A stretch of 40,837 nt of DNA from Planctomycetota bacterium (GTDB lineage Bacteria; Planctomycetota; SZUA-567; H5-PLA8). The notes beneath the pieces were generated by a model. The model saw nothing but the letters and a program-made list of their open reading frames with translations, did not search any database and was not told the origin of the DNA. A program made the position numbers and the translations under genes. The stretch lies in assembly GCA_045863855.1 (NCBI GenBank), contig BTVV01000050.1:1-40837 (forward strand). The letters are read 5' to 3'. Positions 25,742-33,734 of this stretch are shown here, piece after piece; the first letter of the stretch is position 1, and each line of letters begins with the position of its first letter.

Positions 25742-26557
25742 ATGCCTTACATTTCCGCGATCTACATTTATCCCATCAAGGCGCTGGACCCGGTCTCGGT
25801 CCGCGAGGCGAAGATCTTGCCCAGCGGCAGCCTGGACTTCGACCGCGAGTTCGCGTTGGTGGACGATCAGGGCAATTTCCTGAACGGGAAGCGCCAGCCC
25901 AAGATTCACCGGCTGCGCGCGCACACGTATCCCGAAACGGGATTGGTCGCGTTCCAGTCGGCGGACACCGAAGAGATGCCGGTCTTCCATCTGGAAGACC
26001 AGCGCCCCCAAGCCGAGGAATGGTTAAGCAAGTTTTTCGGTCTGCGGGTGCGCTTGCAGCAGAAATCGGACGGCGGCTTTCCGGACGATACCGAGGCGCA
26101 CGGTCCGACGATCTTAGGCCGAGAGACGCTGAAGGAAATCGCGAGCTGGTACGAGGGGCTCGACGATGAGAACCTGCGCCTGCGCTTCCGGCCCAATCTG
26201 GAACTGGGCGGCGCGCTGCCGTTCTGGGAAGACCGGCTCTTCGGCGATGCGGGCTACGTCGTCCGTTTCACCATCGGCGATGTGCGCGTGGAAGGGATCA
26301 AGCCGTGCGCGCGCTGCGTGGTTCCCACGCGCGATCCGTTCACGGGCGAGCAGTATCGGGAGTTCCAGAAGGTATTCGTCGAGCGGCGCGAGAAGTCGCT
26401 CCCGCCCTTTGCCGCCAAATCCCGCTTCGACCATTTCTACCGGCTGGCGGTGAATACCCGCATCGGGAAGCAGGAAGCGGGAAAGGTGATCAAGGTGGGC
26501 ATGCGGGTGAAGCTGGTCGATATTATGCCCCTGAGCGCCGAAGATTCTTTGGCGTAA
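25742..26557 (+). CDS. MOSC-domain protein (YcbX/mARC-like)
   Basis: IYIYPIKAL, DREFAL, LRFRPNL and KPCARCVVPTRDP with the conserved MOSC Cys. Confidence 0.88.
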   Translation: MPYISAIYIYPIKALDPVSVREAKILPSGSLDFDREFALVDDQGNFLNGKRQPKIHRLRAHTYPETGLVAFQSADTEEMPVFHLEDQRPQAEEWLSKFFGLRVRLQQKSDGGFPDDTEAHGPTILGRETLKEIASWYEGLDDENLRLRFRPNLELGGALPFWEDRLFGDAGYVVRFTIGDVRVEGIKPCARCVVPTRDPFTGEQYREFQKVFVERREKSLPPFAAKSRFDHFYRLAVNTRIGKQEAGKVIKVGMRVKLVDIMPLSAEDSLA

Positions 26558-26706
26558 TCCATTTAACTCATTTCAATAATTCAAGTTATAGGATCACGCA
26601 CGAATTTGGCTGAATAGCCTTGGGCGTTCCGGCGTTCCATGTGCGGATGAAGTTGATACGTACACGTAGCGGATGAGAGCGAACCCAAGGAAAAGGAGAC
26701 ACGAAG

Positions 26707-27495
26707 ATGAAGACCCACGCTCATCAACACCTGGCTTACCTGGCCGTGCTGCTCACGGCGGGCTTGTTGATCGGCGCCGGCGAGGCCCGGGCGGACGGCG
26801 AAAAGGTGCGCCTGATCGAGAACGTCTGGCAGTTGCCCACCGTGAATGGGCGATCCTTTAAGCTGGACTTCCGCCGCGACCGTACCTTTACGCTGACCGG
26901 TCCGGGCGGACGCACGGTGGTTGGCGAATGGCGCGCCAGCGAAGACGAGTTGGCGCTCTACGCCGGCGAGGACTTCCGGCACTTTGCCTACGATACGAAT
27001 CGGGACCGGCTGGTCCTGCGGCCGACGCAGAAGGATCGCCCGTGCGAGTCGCTCCTGGGCCTGATGCCCCCGAACGTTCGCGGCGACCGGGTCGATTGGC
27101 TGGCCTACTGTGCGCCGCAGGGTCCGATTCACGCGCTTCCCGTGCCCGGCCATGTACATCACCATCCGAACCTGCCCCCGCATGCCGGCACGCCGGTGCG
27201 CTACGAACGCCAGTGGATTCCGGCCGAGTATAAGTACGTGAACGGGATTTTCGGCCAGGTCCGGATCACGGTCCGCGAAGGACGCTGGGAAGAGGTGCCG
27301 GTGTACAACCTGCCGCACGGCCGCATCGATCCGCCCGGCCGGGCCGTGGGTCTGACGGGCAACCATCCGGTCTTCGGACGAGATGGCCGCAACGACGACC
27401 GCTTCGATCGCGACGGCCGCGACAGCGACCGCAACGACCGCAACGATCGCGACGGCTGGGACCGGAACAACCGCTACGCCTTCGAAAAGCGCTAA
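26707..27495 (+). CDS. Hypothetical exported protein with an Asp/Arg-rich low-complexity tail
   Basis: AAGGAG RBS, signal peptide, beta-rich domain, His/Pro stretch, WIPAEY...GRW segment, and RD/ND repeats. Confidence 0.7.
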   Translation: MKTHAHQHLAYLAVLLTAGLLIGAGEARADGEKVRLIENVWQLPTVNGRSFKLDFRRDRTFTLTGPGGRTVVGEWRASEDELALYAGEDFRHFAYDTNRDRLVLRPTQKDRPCESLLGLMPPNVRGDRVDWLAYCAPQGPIHALPVPGHVHHHPNLPPHAGTPVRYERQWIPAEYKYVNGIFGQVRITVREGRWEEVPVYNLPHGRIDPPGRAVGLTGNHPVFGRDGRNDDRFDRDGRDSDRNDRNDRDGWDRNNRYAFEKR

Positions 27496-27529
27496 AGCGA
27501 CTCCGCGCTCGCTGCTCCCCGCGGAGCGG

Positions 27530-27570
27530 ACCCGGCCGGCGGCTGATAAAGCCCCGGCCGGGTTCGTTTT
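27530..27570. terminator. Hairpin between convergent genes (likely bidirectional terminator)
   Basis: ACCCGGCCGG...CCGGCCGGGT followed by TCGTTTT. Confidence 0.6.
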
Positions 27571-27580
27571 GGAGTTTAAG

Positions 27581-28699
27581 CTAAGGCGCGGGGAACTGGA
27601 CGAGCACCTTCAGTACGCCTTTGCGCGCCGCGAGTTCGAAGCCTTCCACGACCCGCTCGAAGCTCACCCGATGATCGATCAGCGCGCGGACGTCCACGGC
27701 GCCTTGGGCGAGCAACCGCAGCGCCGGCGCGAAGCGCCCACAGCGGCTCCCGACGATCCGTACTTCGTCCACCACGATCTTGGCGGCATCCAGCGCCGGT
27801 AGCGCTTCGGGCGCATAGGTGCTCTTGAGCACGATCGTTCCGCGCGGCTGCACCCAGCGCAGCGCGCTGGCGAAGCCCGCCGGAGCGCCGGTGGCTTCGA
27901 CGACGAGGGGGAACTTATCGCTGGGATGAATACGGTGCGGATCACGTCCGACCGCACGTTCGTTGGAGTTAAAAGCTTCCTCCTCCTCAGCGATTGTGCG
28001 GACTATCTGCTTAAGATCCTTGTAAAAGGGATCTTCAGCATTTGTCCAAGTAGGGATATCAGGCATTGCAAGCTGTGGCTCCGGATCGAGTTGGGCAACC
28101 ACGCCCCACCGCTTCGCGAGTGCCAGCTTCTTCTCGTGATGTCCGCGCAAGAAGGTCCGGCAGCCGTGCCGCGCCAGGACTTGTGCGATCAGCAGGCCCA
28201 GCTTGCCGTCGCCGATCACCAGGACCTTTTCGCCCGGCGGCAGGTGGACCTGTTCGAGAATCTGGAGCGCTGCGGCGAGCGGTTCGACGAAGACGGCTTC
28301 TTCGTCGTGGATCGAATCGGGCACGGCGTAGAGGCATTCGGGCGGGAGGGTGAGCTGTTCGGCAAAGGCGCCGGGGCGTTGGAGGATGCCCAGAACCGTC
28401 CGTTCGGGCTCGTGGCGTGCGTCGTAGCCGGGCGTCGAAAAGCGGCGGAGATCGCGCGGCACGTTGATCTCGCCGACCACACGCCGGCCCTGGAGGTTCT
28501 CCGGGCCTTCGAGGACCGTACCGACGAACTCGTGACCGGGTATCCCGGTGAAGCCCATGTAGCCCTTGGCGAGTTCCAGATCGGTCCGGCAGATGCCGGC
28601 CAAGCGCACCGCGATGCGGCATTCTCCGGGGGGAAGTGCCGGAAGCGGAACCGCGCGGCGCTCCATGCGGCCGGGTCCGGTGATCGTGAGGGCGTGCAT
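27581..28699 (-). CDS. Zinc-dependent alcohol dehydrogenase-like (MDR) protein with an internal insertion
   Basis: AGICRTD, GHEFVG, VEPLAAA, GDGKLG, VVEATG, GSRCG. Confidence 0.88.
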   Translation of the reverse strand: MHALTITGPGRMERRAVPLPALPPGECRIAVRLAGICRTDLELAKGYMGFTGIPGHEFVGTVLEGPENLQGRRVVGEINVPRDLRRFSTPGYDARHEPERTVLGILQRPGAFAEQLTLPPECLYAVPDSIHDEEAVFVEPLAAALQILEQVHLPPGEKVLVIGDGKLGLLIAQVLARHGCRTFLRGHHEKKLALAKRWGVVAQLDPEPQLAMPDIPTWTNAEDPFYKDLKQIVRTIAEEEEAFNSNERAVGRDPHRIHPSDKFPLVVEATGAPAGFASALRWVQPRGTIVLKSTYAPEALPALDAAKIVVDEVRIVGSRCGRFAPALRLLAQGAVDVRALIDHRVSFERVVEGFELAARKGVLKVLVQFPAP

Positions 28700-28737
28700 G
28701 GAGCGTTACGCTAGAGCGGCGGGCGGGAAGGTAAAAT

Positions 28738-28770
28738 AAAAAAGGGCCGGCATCGCGGCCGGCCCTTCTT
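28738..28770 (-). terminator. Rho-independent terminator of the peptidase gene
   Basis: AAAAAAGGGCCGG-catcgcgg-CCGGCCCTT, with the U-tract on the - strand. Confidence 0.75.
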
Positions 28771-28804
28771 GTTCTAAAGTTGAGTCGGTACGGTCCAAGC
28801 GGGC

Positions 28805-29542
28805 TCAGTCGTCCCGGTTTCCGCCAATTACGCCCAGGCGCAGGAGCCAGTACAGCAGTGTCCAGATCGCGGCGATAGTGCCGGCGACGTAGGTCAGCGC
28901 CGCCGCGGTAAGCACGGAACGAGCGCCGGCGTTCTCTTCATGGCTCAAGATGCCGATCTCCGGCAGGTACTGCAGCGCCCTGCGGCTGGCATCGAATTCG
29001 ACAGGTAAGTTCACGATCTGGAACAACGCCACGGCCGCCAGGCCAATCACACCCAGAAGCGTAAAGGTGTTCAGAGCGGGCGCACCTTGGTAGGACATGA
29101 AAACGCCGATCATCAAGGCGAAATAGCCCAAATGCGAACCGATGCCCGCGGCGGGGACCGCAAAGTTACGGACCACCAGCGGCGCGTAGCTATTTGCGTG
29201 CTGGATCGCGTGCCCGGCTTCGTGCGCCGCAACGCCTACGGCGGCAATCGAGTGGCCTTGGTAGTTTTCCGGCGAAAGGCGCAGCACCTTTTCGCTGGGC
29301 GAATAGTGGTCGCTTAAGAACCCATCTACCTGCTCAATCTTGACGTCGTTCACCCCCGCCGAACGCAAGATGACGTAGGCGGCTTCAGCCCCGGTAATGC
29401 CCTTGGTGTTCGCCACCTTAGACCACTTCGAGTAAGCGAATTTCACCATGAGTTGTGCGCCAACCGTAATGACCAGCAGCGGCAAGCCCACAAAGATGAG
29501 GTAATGGGGGTCCAATCCGATGAAGAATCCCAGTGTGGTCAC
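28805..29542 (-). CDS. Membrane zinc metallopeptidase (YugP/Zn_peptidase_2 family)
   Basis: TGAEAA, LSDHYSP, VAAHEAGHAIQH (HExxH), NLPVEFDASRRA, AAALTYVA. GTG start after AAGGAG. Confidence 0.92.
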   Translation of the reverse strand: MTTLGFFIGLDPHYLIFVGLPLLVITVGAQLMVKFAYSKWSKVANTKGITGAEAAYVILRSAGVNDVKIEQVDGFLSDHYSPSEKVLRLSPENYQGHSIAAVGVAAHEAGHAIQHANSYAPLVVRNFAVPAAGIGSHLGYFALMIGVFMSYQGAPALNTFTLLGVIGLAAVALFQIVNLPVEFDASRRALQYLPEIGILSHEENAGARSVLTAAALTYVAGTIAAIWTLLYWLLRLGVIGGNRDD

Positions 29543-29605
29543 GAGTGTCTCCTTGAGGAGTAGCTTTACTCATGCGCCCCGTTGGCGCAAAGCTGCTCTA
29601 CTAAT

Positions 29606-29634
29606 AGGATACGGAAAAGGCCCCCTTCCTTCAA
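29606..29634 (-). promoter_or_regulatory. sigma70-like promoter for the peptidase gene
   Basis: TTGAAA-N17-TATCCT on the - strand. Confidence 0.55.
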
Positions 29635-29682
29635 CCAATCGAAGGCCTACGGCATTGATTTAACGTGAGTTCGCCAAAAGAG

Positions 29683-29711
29683 TTGCCGGATCACGCGAAT
29701 GAATATAGGAT
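29683..29711 (+). promoter_or_regulatory. sigma70-like promoter for the BI-1 gene
   Basis: TTGCCG-N17-TAGGAT. Confidence 0.55.
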
Positions 29712-29783
29712 ACGTCGAGGCATGTATTCCGATCGATACCTCCCTGTGCGGTTTTTCAGGGTTACTAAGAAGAGGTTCTGCCC

Positions 29784-30470
29784 ATGGCTCTGCAAACCTT
29801 CGACCTGACTCTAGATCAGCGCTTCGCGGCGTTGGATGACGCGAAGGCGGCCTTCGTGACCAAGGTTTACGGGACCTTGGCGCTGAGTCTGATCGTGACC
29901 ACCTTGGCTTGTGGTTTCACGGTAGCGAATATAGACACCATGCGGCCCTTCGCTAAGGTGGCCGGGTTTATCACGCTCGGCATGGTCATACTCTCGATAT
30001 TCGTGAGGTTGAAGGGCGTCTTCGGCTGGGCTTTCCTTTGGACGTTCGTCACCCTGATCGGCATATCGCTGGGGCCTTTAATCAACGCGTACGTCTCTTC
30101 GGCGCTTGGCTTGGAGACGCTGACCTATGCCTTGGGCTTGACGGCAACGATCTTTGTGGGGCTGACCGCGTACGTGCGCTTCACGGGTAAGGACTTCTCG
30201 TGGATGGGCGGCTTTCTGTGGATGGCGACGCTAGGGCTGATCATCACCAGCATCGCGTTCTTTTTCTTTCCCAGCCCCAACCTGTACTACTGGTATTCCT
30301 GGGTCGGCGCGTTGATCTTCAGCGGCTGGATTCTGTACGACACCAGCCAGGTGACGCGGCAGTACTTCCAGGACAACAACGTAGTCGGCGCGGTCCTGAA
30401 CCTGTACCTCGATATCGTGAATCTGTTCCTGTACTTGCTCTCCATTTTGAGCGGACGCAGCCGGGACTAA
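29784..30470 (+). CDS. Bax inhibitor-1/YccA (TMBIM) family membrane protein
   Basis: FVTKVYGTL, about 7 TM helices, KDFSWMGGFL, ILYDTSQV and LYLDIVNLFL (the di-aspartate pair). Confidence 0.92.
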   Translation: MALQTFDLTLDQRFAALDDAKAAFVTKVYGTLALSLIVTTLACGFTVANIDTMRPFAKVAGFITLGMVILSIFVRLKGVFGWAFLWTFVTLIGISLGPLINAYVSSALGLETLTYALGLTATIFVGLTAYVRFTGKDFSWMGGFLWMATLGLIITSIAFFFFPSPNLYYWYSWVGALIFSGWILYDTSQVTRQYFQDNNVVGAVLNLYLDIVNLFLYLLSILSGRSRD

Positions 30471-30761
30471 GAGCCACCTACCATACCCTCGTCGGCCGTC
30501 TGCTTGCGGCGGTGCATTGCAGGACTTCTTCCGGCTCAGGCGCCGGAAGCTCGTCCCGGTCCGGTCTTTATGATCGCGCCCAAAGGTCCGCAGGCGCTTT
30601 TGCCGAAGTCCCGGCGAAGCGGGCCGCTTGCGCGTCTCTATTTTTCTGTTTTGCTCTAAACTCAGTTCTTTCTACTTACGCACGCGTGCGCTGCGTTGCA
30701 TGCGGTGGTCGTGTTGTTTAGATTCAGCATTCACCTTCTGCGTGCGGCAAGGAGACGGACT

Positions 30762-32789
30762 GTGGCCCTGCGCTTAAACGATATCGAGACCGAAAAGCTG
30801 GTCCTCGCCCGCGGACTGCTCGACAAGGCGGCGCTGGAACAGTACTACGTACGCATCGCCGAAGATCCCAGCTTTACGCTCTTCGATCTGCTGGTGGCAG
30901 AGCGTGTGATCCCGGTGGAAGTGTTGGCCGAGTTGGAACATTCGGTGCCGGGCGGGGGTCACGTTCGGCATATGCCGGGCGATACGGCCGCCGAACAGGG
31001 CCAAGTGATGCGTACGACTCCTGCGAGCGGCCTGTCGCGTCCGGGCAGCACGCTGCGCAAGGGTCCGCGCCCTCCTTCGCGGGAATTCGACGCTCCGGCG
31101 CCCGCTCGTCCGCCCGTGTCCGCATCGCCGCCGGCTCCGGTGGCCTTGCCGCCAAGGCCTGTCACGCTGGGCGCCCGTCCGGGCGCTCCAGCTCCCGTTT
31201 CGTTAGGCGCGCCCGGCGCGCCTGCTCCCGTGGCTGCGCCGCCCGCGGGCGCGCCTCCTCGACCGGTGCTTCCGCCGCGCTTGAATTTGAAGCTCGGAAC
31301 GCCCGGGGCGCCTCCGACCGCACAGCCTGCTCCGTCCGCGCCCGCCGCCGCTCCGCCGCGAGCGGGAGCTCCTTCGCCGGTGCGCTTGCAGCTTCGTCCG
31401 GGGAACGCTCCGCCTCCGGAGCCCGCGCCTGCCTCCGCGCCCCCCGCCGCGCCTGCAGCGTTGCAGGTTCCGGCGCCGGCCGCGCCGGCTCCCGCGTCGA
31501 TCGCGCCGCCGCCCGCTCCGGAACACGACAGCCACGGCGGGGGCCACGATTCCCACGGCGGTCCGGCGGAGACGATCATTCCGGAAGGATGGCCGGGCGG
31601 GATCGCTCCGGAAGATCCTTCGCCCAGCGGCATCCAGGCGTACCTGAAAGCCGCGCGCGCGATGGGGGCCAGCGACTTCCATCTCGCGGTCAACATTCCG
31701 CCGATGATCCGGATTCACGGGAAGCTGCAGCTCATGCAGGAAGGGATGCCCGCGATGACGCCGGCGCAGACGCAGGCGCTGATCCGCATGGCGCTGACGC
31801 CGGAACAATGGGCGTACTTCGACCGGACCGGCGACCTGGACTTCTGTTACGCCTTCCCGAACGCGGGGCGCTTCCGCACCAACGTCTTCCGCGACCGGAC
31901 CGGCGACGGGATGGTCTGCCGCATCATCGGCGAAACCATTCAGGCCATCGAAACCTTGGGGTTGCCGCCGGGCGTGAAACGCCTGACCGAGTTCGCGCAG
32001 GGGCTTGTGCTGGTCACCGGTCCATCGGGGCACGGCAAGACCACCACGATGATCAGCTTGGTGGATTTGGTGAACGCGAACCGCCCGGACCACATCATCA
32101 CGGTGGAAGCGCCGATCGAATACCTGCTGGAAGGCAAACAGTGCCAAGTCACGCAGCGCGAAGTCGGCCCGCACACGGCCAGCTTCGCGGCGGCGCTGAA
32201 GGCTGCGCTGCGCGAGGATCCCGACATCATCATGATCGGCGAACTGCGCGACTACGAGACGACGAGCATGGCGATCAACGCGGCCGAGACCGGGCACTTG
32301 GTCTTCGCGTCGCTGCCGACGCAGGACGCGGCGAAGACGATCGACAAGGTGCTGGACAGCTTCCCGCCGGAAGAGCAGCAGCAGATTCGCATGATGGTCT
32401 CGGAATCGCTGCGTGGCATCATCAGCCAGCAGTTGATTCCGCGCAAAGACGGCCAGGGCCGCGTGGCGGCGTGCGAACTCCTGTTTAACAACGTAGCGGT
32501 GGGCAACATCATACGCGAAGCGAATACCGCGGGCCTCGTTAACGCGATGCAGCTCGGCAAGAACCTGGGCATGGTGCTGATGGACGACAGCCTGATGGCG
32601 CTGGCCGAGCAAGACCTTATCGATGGTTCCGAAGCCTACAAGCGCGCCGGTAACAAGCAGAAGTTCATGAAGTGGGCACCGAAAGCCGAGCCGCCCGCGG
32701 CCAAACCGGCTGCGGGCGCGGCGCCGGCCGCGGGCGCCAAGCCGGCCGCCGGAGCGCCGCCGCCACGCCCGGGGTTGGGCCGGCGTTAA
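30762..32789 (+). CDS. PilT/PilU-family type IV pilus ATPase with a long N-terminal extension
   Basis: ASDFHL, GRFRTN, GPSGHGKTTT (Walker A), QREVG, LREDPDIIMIGELRD, AVGNIIRE. GTG 30762 after AAGGAG. Confidence 0.88.
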   Translation: MALRLNDIETEKLVLARGLLDKAALEQYYVRIAEDPSFTLFDLLVAERVIPVEVLAELEHSVPGGGHVRHMPGDTAAEQGQVMRTTPASGLSRPGSTLRKGPRPPSREFDAPAPARPPVSASPPAPVALPPRPVTLGARPGAPAPVSLGAPGAPAPVAAPPAGAPPRPVLPPRLNLKLGTPGAPPTAQPAPSAPAAAPPRAGAPSPVRLQLRPGNAPPPEPAPASAPPAAPAALQVPAPAAPAPASIAPPPAPEHDSHGGGHDSHGGPAETIIPEGWPGGIAPEDPSPSGIQAYLKAARAMGASDFHLAVNIPPMIRIHGKLQLMQEGMPAMTPAQTQALIRMALTPEQWAYFDRTGDLDFCYAFPNAGRFRTNVFRDRTGDGMVCRIIGETIQAIETLGLPPGVKRLTEFAQGLVLVTGPSGHGKTTTMISLVDLVNANRPDHIITVEAPIEYLLEGKQCQVTQREVGPHTASFAAALKAALREDPDIIMIGELRDYETTSMAINAAETGHLVFASLPTQDAAKTIDKVLDSFPPEEQQQIRMMVSESLRGIISQQLIPRKDGQGRVAACELLFNNVAVGNIIREANTAGLVNAMQLGKNLGMVLMDDSLMALAEQDLIDGSEAYKRAGNKQKFMKWAPKAEPPAAKPAAGAAPAAGAKPAAGAPPPRPGLGRR

Positions 32790-32843
32790 GCGATCGACGA
32801 AGCCCGAGCTTGCGTCCGCCACGTTGCTCTATAGGGAGTGGTT

Positions 32844-33716
32844 ATGGCCATCCGGACACTGAATGACGGTTCGCAGGCCCTGCCGCATCTGAAGCCGTGC
32901 TTCAATCTGGGTACGTTGAACGACTTGCCGCCGCATGCCACGGCACCGCGGCATGCGGACAAAAAGGAACTGTACGCGGCTTTGAAAGCCGCCGGTTACG
33001 CAGGGCTGCAGGGCGCCGCCCCCAAGATCTGTGCCGAATTGGGTTTGCTCTGTTTCGGCGGCGGGCGGATCAACAAACCCGCGGAAGCCGAACCGCTGGC
33101 CTTGCGCCAGAAAAACGAAGGCGTGCTCTGCAGCACGCTGCACGTGGCCTGGGGCATCGAGGACGACGCCGAAGTCGACGCGCTGGCCGATGCGATCCTG
33201 AACGCCAGCGCCAAGCACGATTTCCCGCTCTACATCGAAACGCACCGCGCGACGATTACGCAGGATCTGTGGCGAACGGTGCAGCTCGTGAAGCGTTTCC
33301 CCGATCTGGGCATCAACGCCGACTACAGCCACTGGTACACGGGACTCGAGATGCCCTACGGCGGCGTCGAACCCAAGGCCGATTTTCTGACGCCGGTCTT
33401 CGAGCGTGTCCGCTTCATGCACGGCCGCATCGGGAACAGCGGCTGCATGCAGGTTGATTTCGGCGACGGCAAGGACCGCCCGTACATCGAGCATTTCAAG
33501 CTGCTCTGGACGCGCAGCTTCAAAGGCTTCCTGAAGCACGCGAAGCCCGGGGATTACGTGCCTTTCTGTCCGGAACTGCTGCAGCCGAGCATCAATTACG
33601 CCCGCGTATTTCCCGGTCCGGACGGCAAGCTAGTCGAAGAAGGCGACCGCTGGCAGTTGGCGCGGACAATGACGGAGATTGCTTTGGGTAGCTTTGAGCG
33701 TGCGCAACATGCGTAG
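32844..33716 (+). CDS. Xylose-isomerase-like TIM-barrel protein
   Basis: AAGYAGLQ, YIETHRATITQD, NADYSHW, MHGRIG, CPELL: metal-ligand pattern of the AP-endonuclease-2/sugar isomerase fold. Confidence 0.72.
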   Translation: MAIRTLNDGSQALPHLKPCFNLGTLNDLPPHATAPRHADKKELYAALKAAGYAGLQGAAPKICAELGLLCFGGGRINKPAEAEPLALRQKNEGVLCSTLHVAWGIEDDAEVDALADAILNASAKHDFPLYIETHRATITQDLWRTVQLVKRFPDLGINADYSHWYTGLEMPYGGVEPKADFLTPVFERVRFMHGRIGNSGCMQVDFGDGKDRPYIEHFKLLWTRSFKGFLKHAKPGDYVPFCPELLQPSINYARVFPGPDGKLVEEGDRWQLARTMTEIALGSFERAQHA

Positions 33717-33734
33717 TGTCCGAAATGGGGAGGA

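Noticed and set aside
27944..28081. Insertion in the MDR gene as an intein, intron or IS element
   Set aside because: It is too short and has no Cys/Ser start with His-Asn end, no terminal inverted repeats and no transposase. It is kept only as an unexplained insertion.
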